This document shows positions 1-9,050 of a stretch of 64,000 nucleotides of DNA, piece by piece. Positions within the stretch are counted from its first letter, which is position 1. Each line of letters begins with the position of its first letter. The stretch spans positions 128,001-192,000 of the forward strand of contig JBCCHT010000022.1 in NCBI GenBank assembly GCA_039028615.1. The letters are read 5' to 3'. This DNA comes from Myxococcota bacterium (lineage in GTDB: Bacteria; Myxococcota_A; Polyangia; Nannocystales; Nannocystaceae). The translations under genes were made by a program, and so were the position numbers. The notes below the pieces were generated by a model. It did no database searches, was not told the DNA's origin, and worked only from the letters and a program-made list of their open reading frames with translations.

Positions 1-184
1 TCTTCGGGCACAGGCACGTGAACTCGGGGCAATCGAAGCGAATCTCGTAGCGACGCGCAGGCCGCGGGTTGGGGAAGGTCTCCAGGTTCTTGGAGGGAGC
101 GGTGGACACGGGGCGACTGTAGATCGCTCCGGCCCGCCACGCATCCCCCGCGGCGCCCCACGACGGCACCCTCGTGGACGGGCC

Positions 185-1105
185 TCAGCCCGCCTTGGCG
201 CGACGTGGCGCCGCTGCGGCAACGCTCCGTCGTGCCCGCCATGCGTCCCGATGGTCCTCCAGCCCCTCGAGCAGCGCAGCCAGCCCCGCGTGCCCGTCCG
301 CGTCGGGCCGGACCAGCACCCGGTAGTCCACGCGAGGCAGACCCGGCACGACCCGCCCCACCAGCCCCGGCGGGAGGCGACAGCAGCCGTTGACCACGGC
401 CAGGCCCAGGCCCAGGGCGACGAAGTGGATGGCCAGCTCCCAGCCCGTCGCCTCGACCGCGGGCCGCAGCGAGCCCCCGTGCTCCGCCACCGCGCGCGCC
501 AAGGTCTCCCGCTGCGGCCGCCCTTCGGGCGGCAAGACCAGCGGGTGCTCGGCCAGAGCGCTGACCGGGATGGTGCGTCGCCGCGCCAGCGGATGCGAAC
601 GCGGCATGACCAGCGCCTGCGGGATCTCGGCCAGGATCCGACTGTCGAGATCGGTCGGCACGGGCTCGACCACCGCCACCCCGACGTGGGCCTCACCGCT
701 GCGCAGCGCTCGGAGGGTGCCGTCCCGATCGCGCGTCAGCACCCGCAGCGGCGCCCGGTCACGCGCAACGAAAGCCTTGATGGCGTCGCCGAGCAGGTAG
801 AGCAACGCCCCCGCCCCGGCCGCCAGGACCACCGGTTGTCGGCTGTGCCCCGTCCGCAGGCGCTCGACGAACGCGTTCGAGCGCTCCGTCGTCTGTCGGG
901 CGAAGCGAAGGACCTCGACCCCCTCGGCGGTGAGCCGCAGCCGTCGTCCCTCGCGGCCGTAGAGCGTCACGCCCAGGGTCTCGCTGAGCCGACGGATCTG
1001 CGCGTGGAGGGCCGGCTGGCTGATGTGCAGCGCCCGAGCGGCGTGGGTGAAGTTGAGATGCTCGGCAAAGACCGCGAACCCTTCGAGCCACTCGAGCTTC
1101 ATCAT
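185..1105 (-). CDS. LysR-family transcriptional regulator
   Basis: N-terminal HTH 'LNFTHAARALHISQPALHAQIRRLSETLGVTLY...LTAEG'; about 300 aa; C-terminal 'VALGLGLAVV'. Confidence 0.95.
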   Translation of the reverse strand: MMKLEWLEGFAVFAEHLNFTHAARALHISQPALHAQIRRLSETLGVTLYGREGRRLRLTAEGVEVLRFARQTTERSNAFVERLRTGHSRQPVVLAAGAGALLYLLGDAIKAFVARDRAPLRVLTRDRDGTLRALRSGEAHVGVAVVEPVPTDLDSRILAEIPQALVMPRSHPLARRRTIPVSALAEHPLVLPPEGRPQRETLARAVAEHGGSLRPAVEATGWELAIHFVALGLGLAVVNGCCRLPPGLVGRVVPGLPRVDYRVLVRPDADGHAGLAALLEGLEDHRDAWRARRSVAAAAPRRAKAG

Positions 1106-1125
1106 GACGGGGGCAGCCTACCAAG

Positions 1126-1144
1126 CTATCTAAATTGATTATAG
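1126..1144. promoter_or_regulatory. Putative LysR recognition site (CTAT-N11-ATAG) in AT-rich divergent promoter region
   Basis: ctat-ctaaattgatt-atag is a T-N11-A dyad about 20 bp upstream of the LysR start. Confidence 0.55.
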
Positions 1145-1220
1145 TCGAACGAAATCTACTAGTTCCGCATTATATCGGGGCCGCTACCTTGGTGTCGAAA
1201 CGAAGAAGGAAATAGACACC

Positions 1221-1826
1221 ATGGGACGCAATAACCACCGTCGGCGGGGCAACGGGCCCCGCCCTGGCCCCCACTTGGCCGCTCCCCGGAGCGTCGGCAT
1301 CGACATCGGTCGCGTGCTGATCTCACCGGGGGACGGACGCGCGGACACCTCGTTCCTCTCGGGGAGCGAGGCCGACGCCATGCGCACGCCTCCGAGCCCG
1401 GGCGCGTTCGATGTCGTCACCGCGCTGGTCACCCACTTCCGTGGGCGGGCCTGGCTGGTCTCCAAGTGTGGCCCTCGCATTCAAGAACGCTCGCGTCGAT
1501 GGCTGGCCCACCACCGGTTCTTCGAGCGTACGGGCATGCCTCCGTCGCAGCTGAGGTTCTGCCGCAAGCGCGGCGACAAGGCCCCCATCTGCGCCCAGCT
1601 GGGACTCGATGCCTTCATCGACGACCGACCGGACGTCCTGCGCCCGATGGAGGGCATCGTGCCCTGGCGCTTCCTCTTTGGTCCGCAGAAGCGGCCGGGA
1701 GTGCCCCAGGGAATCATCGCGGTGCGCGACTGGGACGACGTGGCGACCGAGCTGCTGCCGCTGGCGCGGGAGCAGGAGCTCATGCCCCCGGAAACTCCAC
1801 GAACTGTGGCGGCACCCTCTCGGTGA
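1221..1826 (+). CDS. HAD-superfamily-like protein (possible phosphatase/nucleotidase)
   Basis: 'GIDIGRVL' (motif I-like), 'WLVSKC', 'FIDDRPDVL' (motif IV-like); RBS aagga upstream. Confidence 0.65.
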   Translation: MGRNNHRRRGNGPRPGPHLAAPRSVGIDIGRVLISPGDGRADTSFLSGSEADAMRTPPSPGAFDVVTALVTHFRGRAWLVSKCGPRIQERSRRWLAHHRFFERTGMPPSQLRFCRKRGDKAPICAQLGLDAFIDDRPDVLRPMEGIVPWRFLFGPQKRPGVPQGIIAVRDWDDVATELLPLAREQELMPPETPRTVAAPSR

Positions 1827-2340
1827 GCCACACCCCGTTGGGGCTGACATAGAAGCGGTGCCCCGCCTCGGCCATGGCCGCGGCGTGGACGACCAAGACG
1901 ACCGCTGCCCCACGACGAGCACCCACCGCGGTCGCCGTCGTGGGGTCTGCGGATAAATGCACGTGGTGACGCCGACCCGGGCGCAGGCCCTCGCGGCGAA
2001 TCGAGTCGAGGAAGCGCTCGACCGTGCCGTGAAAAAGCTGTGGCGGCGGGTCCTGCTGGGGGTGGCCGAGGCGGACGGGCACCGAGTGCCCCTGAACCGC
2101 GCGGATCTTCCGTCCGTCGTCGCTGATGGCGAAGCGGCGCTTGTCGGAGGTCTCGACCACGCGAACGAGACGGGCTCGGTCGACGACGAAGCCACGATCG
2201 CGACAGACCTCGAGCACGGCGTCGACATCGACCCAACCGGCCGTGTCGAGGACCAACCCGACGGTGTGCGGCTCGTGCCGAAGCATCCAGCTCAGCAGGC
2301 GGCTCAGCGGGACCATCGATGCAGTGTCATCGGTGGGCAC
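1780..2340 (-). CDS. kptA: RNA 2'-phosphotransferase (Tpt1/KptA)
   Basis: 'LSWMLRHEP', 'DKRRF', 'IRAVQGHS', 'LFHGT', 'RHHVHLS', 'NGVWLT'. Confidence 0.95.
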   Translation of the reverse strand: MPTDDTASMVPLSRLLSWMLRHEPHTVGLVLDTAGWVDVDAVLEVCRDRGFVVDRARLVRVVETSDKRRFAISDDGRKIRAVQGHSVPVRLGHPQQDPPPQLFHGTVERFLDSIRREGLRPGRRHHVHLSADPTTATAVGARRGAAVVLVVHAAAMAEAGHRFYVSPNGVWLTERVPPQFVEFPGA

Positions 2341-2435
2341 GAGTACTCATCGTACTGCGCCCGACCCCACACACGCGAGCGAGGGACACGAGGTCGGTGG
2401 CCTCACCTGCGCGAACGTAGTACGCCATAACGGCC

Positions 2436-3056
2436 ATGGACCTGCCGACGACGATGCAGACGCTCCGCCGAACCGCGGTCATGGGCCTTTCGTGCGCGGC
2501 GCTGAGCCTGGCGTGTCAGCCCAACCAGGGCGACTGCGGCGGCTTTTGTGGCGAGGGCACGGTGTGCGAGGCGGGCAAGTGCGTCGTAGCGCCACCCGAA
2601 GCCGAGCCCGAGCCCGAAGCCGAGGAGCCCGAGGGCAACAAGCGTCGCAAACGGAAGCGCAAGCGTGGAGGCGGCAGCACCCCGGCCAGCGGGCGCTTGC
2701 CCGACAAGGACGGCCACATTCCCCGCTACCGGGCCGACCGCACGGAGTCCATCGGCGAGGGCAGCGAGCGACTCTCCGACCGTCGCGTGCGCCAAGAGCT
2801 GGGCAAGGCCGAGCCTGCGTTCAACCGCTGCCTCGAGCGGGCTTCCGAGGTCACCGACGCCGCCCTCGCGGGCACGGTGAGCTTCAAGCTCGGCATCGAA
2901 CCCAGCGGCAAGGTGTGGGGGGTCAACGCGTCGCTGCCCAAGTCGTGGAACGTGCCCGGCTTGAAGGCGTGCTTCCGCAAGGCCGTCTACGCCCACCGCT
3001 TCCCCAGCTGGGACGGCCCGTCGATGGGCGTCGACTACCACTTCCAGGTCGACTGA
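2436..3056 (+). CDS. Putative lipoprotein with AgmX/PglI/TonB-C-like C-terminal domain
   Basis: Lipobox 'LSLAC', Cys-rich N-terminus, basic linker, 'FNRCLE...GTVSFKLGIEPSGKV...CF...FP..DG..VDYHF'. Confidence 0.7.
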   Translation: MDLPTTMQTLRRTAVMGLSCAALSLACQPNQGDCGGFCGEGTVCEAGKCVVAPPEAEPEPEAEEPEGNKRRKRKRKRGGGSTPASGRLPDKDGHIPRYRADRTESIGEGSERLSDRRVRQELGKAEPAFNRCLERASEVTDAALAGTVSFKLGIEPSGKVWGVNASLPKSWNVPGLKACFRKAVYAHRFPSWDGPSMGVDYHFQVD

Positions 3057-3226
3057 AATCCAGCGTTAGGCGGGTACGTCGTCGTACCGCCACTTCAGGC
3101 CTGGACCACGAGGTTTCGTCGAAGCGCGAAGCCGCCCTCCGAGGGGCGACGCGAAACGGCGTCCGATCGCCCGCCGTGCACACCGCGGTGGAAAACCGGG
3201 CGCAGACGTTGTCCAATCATCCCTGC

Positions 3227-4825
3227 ATGTCAGGCCTCACCGACAAACCGATGGCTCGCGCCCACGAGCACCTCGCGTCGGCACGCTACGCCGAAGCGGC
3301 GGGAGCGTTTCGGGCGGTGCTCCACATCGATCCGAATGCCTTCCATGCGCACTTCGGTCTGGCGGATGCCCTGGTCGCTCGAGGGCAATTCGCCGAGGCG
3401 ATCGAAGGCCTGGTGAACGCGGCGGAGTCGTGTGTGGCCCAGGACGATCATGCGGCCGCGCTGACGCTGTACGGCAAGGCGCTTGGGATCGATCCGACCC
3501 GCCTCGAGCTGCACCTCGACGTGGCCATGGCCGAGGCCGCGCTGGGCCGAGATGAAGCCGCGTATACCCGCCTCGAGAACCTGGCCGAGACGTACATGCA
3601 GGCGGGGCGCACCGACGAGGCCGCGGAGATGTATCGCTTCCTCACCAGCTGGGACGAGGAACGCGAGGCCGAGGAAGCCGAAGCGGAGGCAGACGCCGAA
3701 GCTCACGACGAGGCCGACTACGCCCAAGCGCCCGTCGAGGCAGCCGCCCCCGAGCCCGCCGCGCCGGTCGAACCGGCTGCACCCGCGGCCGGTGGCGTGC
3801 CCGGTCCGATCGCCTCCGAACACACGGTGATGGTGCCCACCATCCTCATCACCCCCGACGGACAGCTGCTGCAGATGGCGATCGATCGGCAGCCCAGCGC
3901 CCCCGTGCCCCTGCCCAAGGACGACACCATTCCACCGGTACCCGAAGCGCTGATCGAGGCCGCGCACTCGCGACCGATCGTGCTCGACGACACCTCCGGG
4001 ATCGAGCAGGTCGAAGGCACCGTCGTCGCCTTTCCGCCGCCGCCCCCCGAGCTCACCGAGGAAGCCAAGGCGGCCGCCCCCGAGGTCAGTCGGGAGGACC
4101 TCGAGGAGGCGGTGTCGGTGGCGATGGAGAACCTCGCGCAGCTCGAAGAGCTGGAAGAACAGGCGGAGACGGTGATCCTGACCCGCCCGCTGCTGCCGCG
4201 ACGCAAGAAGATCGTGTGGAAGGACGAGTCGGCCGCTGCGGCTGCGCCGACTCCCACCGCCAAGCCGGGCAAGCTTCGAATCGATCGCGCGCCTCGACCC
4301 AAACCCACGAGCCCCAAGCCGAGCGCGGCCGCGCCGTCGCCCGGTCCAGCGAGCCCGGTCGGGTCCAAGCCGAGCGCGCCCGCCAAGGGCCCCTTGCGCA
4401 TCGGCAAGTCCGGCCCGGGCAAGGCGAGGGTGAAGCCGCTGCCGCGTCCCGCCTCCGCGGCCACGCAAAACAAACCCGCGGCCACCCCGACGCCGAAGCG
4501 ACCCCTGCCCCAGCGCGCGGCCCCAGCTCGCCCCGCCGCGACCCCGAGCCCGGAGCGGCCGGCTGCGACCCCGCGACCGCGGCCTCGCCCGCGACCCCGA
4601 CCCGCGTCCACGGCCAAGCCCGCGCCGCGCACTCCCGCCGCCGCCCCGTCGCCCAAGCCGACCCGCCCCGACAACCCGCTCGTGCAACGGCTGCGGCGCC
4701 GCGCCGGCCTGAACAAGGAACAGGCCCAAGCCCGGGGAGAGCCCCAGCTGCAATCGCGACGCGCGACCCGGTCGATCTCGTTGCGTCAGCCTACCGGACC
4801 CAAATCCGGCAAAGACTCCGAATGA
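3227..4825 (+). CDS. TPR protein with long Pro/Ala/Lys-rich disordered C-terminus
   Basis: TPR helices ('YAEAAGAFRAVLHIDP', 'YGKALGIDP'); start re-picked at ATG 3227 (3251 also possible) within ORF 2126..4825. Confidence 0.75.
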   Translation: MSGLTDKPMARAHEHLASARYAEAAGAFRAVLHIDPNAFHAHFGLADALVARGQFAEAIEGLVNAAESCVAQDDHAAALTLYGKALGIDPTRLELHLDVAMAEAALGRDEAAYTRLENLAETYMQAGRTDEAAEMYRFLTSWDEEREAEEAEAEADAEAHDEADYAQAPVEAAAPEPAAPVEPAAPAAGGVPGPIASEHTVMVPTILITPDGQLLQMAIDRQPSAPVPLPKDDTIPPVPEALIEAAHSRPIVLDDTSGIEQVEGTVVAFPPPPPELTEEAKAAAPEVSREDLEEAVSVAMENLAQLEELEEQAETVILTRPLLPRRKKIVWKDESAAAAAPTPTAKPGKLRIDRAPRPKPTSPKPSAAAPSPGPASPVGSKPSAPAKGPLRIGKSGPGKARVKPLPRPASAATQNKPAATPTPKRPLPQRAAPARPAATPSPERPAATPRPRPRPRPRPASTAKPAPRTPAAAPSPKPTRPDNPLVQRLRRRAGLNKEQAQARGEPQLQSRRATRSISLRQPTGPKSGKDSE

Positions 4826-4914
4826 TGGCCTAGGAGCTCGTCTCGGGGCGAGATCGACCGCTCGACCCGGGTGGTCCCTCCGGCCGGGGCCAGACCTTGC
4901 TACGGTCGCGGTCC

Positions 4915-6729
4915 GTGGCGGACGAGCCCTCGCTCAAGAAAACGAAGGTCGACCTCGGTGGGTTGATGAAGGTGCTCGGGGAGCACCTGTACTCCACGCC
5001 GAACGTCGCGATCCGTGAGCTGGTCCAGAACGCTCACGACTCGTGCACACGACGGCGCATGGAGTCGGACGAGCCCTTCACCGCCACCATCACCGTGCAC
5101 GTCGACCCCGAGGCGCAGACCCTCAGCTTCGAGGACACGGGCGCGGGGCTCACCGATGCGGAGATCGAGCAGTACCTCGCGACCATCGGCTCGGGCTACA
5201 CACGGACGCTGCGGGACCGCGGGCACGATGGCCTCATCGGCTACTTCGGCCTCGGGTTCTTGTCGGCGTTCGTGGTCAGCGATCGCATCGAGGTCTGGAC
5301 CTGCTCGATGCAGGACCCCGAGCACGCCTGGATCTTCAGCTCCCGCAACGGGCAGAGCTACCTGGTTTCCGCCGCCCCCTCCCGCCCGGTGGGCACCCGG
5401 GTGACCCTGCACCTGCGCACCGAGTTCGCCGAGCTGTCGCACCTGTCCCCCGTGCGAAGCCTGCTCGAGCGCTACTGTGCGCTGCTCGACGTGCCGATCC
5501 ACTGCGGGAGCGGGCCGGCCGTCAACGCCGATCCACCGCCGTGGCGAGCGACCGACGAAGACGCCAGCCCGCTTCGCCACCGCCGCGAGCGACTGGAGTT
5601 CGCGCGCCGCTTCGAGGCGGGCTTCCAGCCCCTGTGCGCCCTGCCCATCCAGCCCAACGAGGGCTCCGACCTGCAGGGTGTGCTGTGGATCCAGGACGCC
5701 ACCACCTACGGCACCTCCGACAACCGCAACGTGTCCGTGTTCGTCCGCGGGATGCTGGTGAGCAGCGAAGACCGCGAGCTGCTGCCCACCTGGGCCGGCT
5801 TCGTGGGCGCGGTGCTCGAGAGCCAGACCCTCAAGCCCACCGCCAGCCGCGAGAGCCTGCAGCAAGACGAGACCTACACCGCGGCCCAAGACGCCGTCCG
5901 CGAGGCCCTGATCGAGGGGTTGCGGAGCTTGGCCACCCACGAGCCCGCGGCCTGGCGCACGGTGCTGCGTCGCCACAACGAGGCCTTGCTCGGCGCGGCG
6001 CTATGCGACGACCGCCTCTTCGACCTGCTGGCCGAGGAGCTGACCGTGCCGACCTCGTCCGGCGACCTGCGCCTGCCCGTGCTGCTGTCCCGCTCCGACG
6101 GTCGCATCCACGTCAGCCAGGCCGAGCGCGGCGGCTTCGAGGAGCTGCTGTTTCGCGCCCTGAAGGTCCCCGTGGTCGCAGGCACGCGCTACGGGTCGCT
6201 GTCCTTTTGCCGCGCGTACGCCGAGCGTCGCCGCGGCCGGCTGGTGGTGGTGGGCACCGAGGGCGGCGACAAGGAGCTGTTCGGCCAGGTGGAGTGCCCC
6301 CCCGAGCACGCGCGCGCCCTCGAGCAATGGTTCGGCGGTGACGACATCGAGGTCATCGCCGCTCGCTTCGCCCCGCCCTACCTGCCCTTCGTGGTGGTGG
6401 TCGATCGCGAGGCCGAGCTCAAGCAACGCATCGAGTCCGACGAGGCCGACAAGCGCATCGCCAGCGCCGTGCTGAGCCTCGCCCGTCAGTTCACGGGCAG
6501 CATCGCCACCAGCGCAGCGCTCAAGGTGTACGTGAACTTCGACTGCCCGGTGATCCCCGCGCTGCTGCAGGCCACGCCCGAGCGCGCGGAGCAAGGCCTG
6601 ACCCTGCTGCGCCCGCTGCTGGGCCTGCTCTCCGAGCACGACGACGAGGGACGCCTGATGCCCGTAGACCAAGCCCTGGACGGCTACTGCCAGGCGATCG
6701 TCCGCCTCACCGAGGAAGGGCCGCAATGA
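4915..6729 (+). CDS. HSP90/HtpG-like GHKL ATPase (divergent family)
   Basis: 'IRELVQNAHDS', 'DTGAGLT', 'LATIGSG', 'IGYFGLGFLSAF', 'PTASRESL'; GTG start re-picked. Confidence 0.9.
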   Translation: MADEPSLKKTKVDLGGLMKVLGEHLYSTPNVAIRELVQNAHDSCTRRRMESDEPFTATITVHVDPEAQTLSFEDTGAGLTDAEIEQYLATIGSGYTRTLRDRGHDGLIGYFGLGFLSAFVVSDRIEVWTCSMQDPEHAWIFSSRNGQSYLVSAAPSRPVGTRVTLHLRTEFAELSHLSPVRSLLERYCALLDVPIHCGSGPAVNADPPPWRATDEDASPLRHRRERLEFARRFEAGFQPLCALPIQPNEGSDLQGVLWIQDATTYGTSDNRNVSVFVRGMLVSSEDRELLPTWAGFVGAVLESQTLKPTASRESLQQDETYTAAQDAVREALIEGLRSLATHEPAAWRTVLRRHNEALLGAALCDDRLFDLLAEELTVPTSSGDLRLPVLLSRSDGRIHVSQAERGGFEELLFRALKVPVVAGTRYGSLSFCRAYAERRRGRLVVVGTEGGDKELFGQVECPPEHARALEQWFGGDDIEVIAARFAPPYLPFVVVVDREAELKQRIESDEADKRIASAVLSLARQFTGSIATSAALKVYVNFDCPVIPALLQATPERAEQGLTLLRPLLGLLSEHDDEGRLMPVDQALDGYCQAIVRLTEEGPQ

Positions 6730-9050
6730 ACATCTGGCGCTGGGTGCTGGATATCCGACGGACGCTCCGCGACAACGGACACGCACGCCTGGCCGAGCTC
6801 ATCGACGAGCTGCCCTCGCTGGCGGTGGACGACGAGCACGCGCGCGTCGACGCCCTGGTCCCCGAAGCCCTCGCGCTGGCCCGGGCCGCCCGCGAGCCGT
6901 GGCTCGAGGTCTTCGTTCGTCACTGGGCGTTGCAATCCCAGGTCCTGCATCGCTACGAAGCCCGCGAGCGCCTGGCCGAGGCGGTCTCTCTGCTCGACTT
7001 CGCCAACCGACCCGAGACCCAGGGCTGCCCGCAGAGCGTGTGCGTGACCCAGGATCTGGCCGTTTGCTACGCCTGCACCGACGGCCCCGGCTACGTGCAG
7101 GAGCGACTCGACGTGGCCGCCCAGACCCTGGCACGCATCGACCCTTCGTGGCCGTGCTTCGAGTGCATCAGCAGCGAGTATGCCTCGGCGCTGCAGGACG
7201 ACGAGCGCCACGAAGAGATGCTCGAGTGGCTCCAGGGCCAGACGGATCGAGCGGTGGCGGCGGGCGTCGCCAAGCCTTCGCGCTACGTGCTCAAGCGAGC
7301 CAGCTCGCTGATGGCGTTGGGCCGCAACGACGAGGCATGGGCCTTGCTCGAACACCACGAGGCCGAGCCCGGCGGCGGCACGAACCGAGAGGTCGACACC
7401 GAGCTCATCCGCGCCCGGGTGCTGCACGCGATCGGACGCCACGCGGAGGCCCGACGCACGCTCCCCACCTTCGACCGTATCGCCCACACGCCGAGCTTCT
7501 ACGAGGACTACGTGTTCGCCGTGGAGAGCCTGGTGGAGGCGGAGCAGCTGCCGAACGATGCCGATCTGGGCGCCCGCCTCCGACAGCTCTTCGAACGTGC
7601 CGAGCACAACGGAGCGTGGTTTCTCGCCGGGCAGATCGCCACCGTCGGGGCCCGGCTCGCGCTGGCCCGCGGTGCGTGGTGGCTCGCCGGGGTCTGTGTG
7701 CGGGACGTCGATCGCATCGCCGAGCGGCTGCGCAAGCCCGAGCGACTGCACGCATTGCTGCAGGGCGAGCGCCAGACCATCGAGCAAGGGCCGCCCGAGC
7801 CTCCCGCCCTGCCCGACTCGGTCGAGGAGGTCGGAGACGCGCTGCCCGACGAGCCCGACACCGCGCTCGAGATGCTACGCGCGGCTCGCCTGCGCTGGCC
7901 CAGCGCGCTCACGCTGGTGGTGATGCAGTCGCGCGCGCTCAGCTCGTGCGGCCTCGAGCCGATGGCCGAGGGCAACCTCCGCGAGTTCATCGCCCAAAAC
8001 CCGGACGACGAGCTCGCCGTGCTCGAGCTGGCTCGCGTCCTGGTTCGCGCCAAGCGACACGACGCGCTGTGCGAGTGGGTGGAGACCGCCATGCAGGGCG
8101 AGGGTCTGCGTAACCAGGCGCTATGGCTGATGTCGGCCTCTCACTGGCGGCGCGACGAGTACGACCCCGCGGCGATGTACCTCGAAGAGCTCCTCGACCG
8201 CGATCCCGAGGCCGACGTGCCACGGGCTCGACTCGCCATGATCGAGCGACGTCGCGGTCGCCATGCCGAGGCCCTCGCGCACCTCGATCGCCTCGTGAGC
8301 ACCGCAGAGCCGGGCAACCACGACTGGGATCGCATGACGGAGGCGGCCGCCCTCGGGAAGTGGGAGACGGTGCGGGAGTCGGCGAAACGGCTGGAGATCG
8401 AGCTCCCCGACGTCGACGACCCCACGACCCCCATCGACCTGTCCATGGGGCAGTGCCGGGTCCGCATCGTCGAGGACGACGGAGCCGAGCACGACTACTA
8501 CGCCTATCGTCGCAGCCCGGTCACCGCCCGCGTGTACCAGGTGACGAGGCCGGGCAAGGTCGAGCACTACGACGACCTCGTGGTCTTCGATGCCGCCCCG
8601 GTCAATCCCCGACCCAGCGGCGAACCGCGAGACGACGACGACGACGACGATCGCGAGAGCACTCTGCCCATCTACCCCGCCGTCGCCGTGCTCGAGCGAG
8701 GCGGCTACCGCACCTGGAGCCTCGACGGCACACACCCGGGCGACGCCGCCTGGGAGGCTCTCGAGGACGGATTGAAGGCGCTGGGCGGCATCGTGCTGAT
8801 CCAGAACGACGAGGAGTACCAGCACGAAGACCCCGACGGCGGCGAACAAACGCTGCCCGGGGTCTACGCGGTGAGCTGCGTGCCGGACTCGGTCGACGTG
8901 ACCACCCTGCACGAGACACTCACCCGGCTGACCGTCGACTGGCCTCACCCGCTGGTATGGCCAGACCTGGCCGAGGCGCTGCCCGAGGGCAAGATCCGCG
9001 ACCAGGCGCTGGAGCGCGTCGAGCAGGTCACCGAGCGCTACCAGCTTTAG
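6726..9050 (+). CDS. Large helical/TPR-repeat protein coupled to the HSP90-like gene
   Basis: ATGA overlap with upstream stop; TPR-like repeats; N-terminal 'CPQSVC' and 'WPCFEC'. Confidence 0.8.
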   Translation: MNIWRWVLDIRRTLRDNGHARLAELIDELPSLAVDDEHARVDALVPEALALARAAREPWLEVFVRHWALQSQVLHRYEARERLAEAVSLLDFANRPETQGCPQSVCVTQDLAVCYACTDGPGYVQERLDVAAQTLARIDPSWPCFECISSEYASALQDDERHEEMLEWLQGQTDRAVAAGVAKPSRYVLKRASSLMALGRNDEAWALLEHHEAEPGGGTNREVDTELIRARVLHAIGRHAEARRTLPTFDRIAHTPSFYEDYVFAVESLVEAEQLPNDADLGARLRQLFERAEHNGAWFLAGQIATVGARLALARGAWWLAGVCVRDVDRIAERLRKPERLHALLQGERQTIEQGPPEPPALPDSVEEVGDALPDEPDTALEMLRAARLRWPSALTLVVMQSRALSSCGLEPMAEGNLREFIAQNPDDELAVLELARVLVRAKRHDALCEWVETAMQGEGLRNQALWLMSASHWRRDEYDPAAMYLEELLDRDPEADVPRARLAMIERRRGRHAEALAHLDRLVSTAEPGNHDWDRMTEAAALGKWETVRESAKRLEIELPDVDDPTTPIDLSMGQCRVRIVEDDGAEHDYYAYRRSPVTARVYQVTRPGKVEHYDDLVVFDAAPVNPRPSGEPRDDDDDDDRESTLPIYPAVAVLERGGYRTWSLDGTHPGDAAWEALEDGLKALGGIVLIQNDEEYQHEDPDGGEQTLPGVYAVSCVPDSVDVTTLHETLTRLTVDWPHPLVWPDLAEALPEGKIRDQALERVEQVTERYQL

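Noticed and set aside
2126..3226. 5' 367 codons of the 899-aa ORF
   Set aside because: Arg-rich off-frame read-through overlapping kptA and the 2436..3056 lipoprotein; the TPR protein starts at about 3227.
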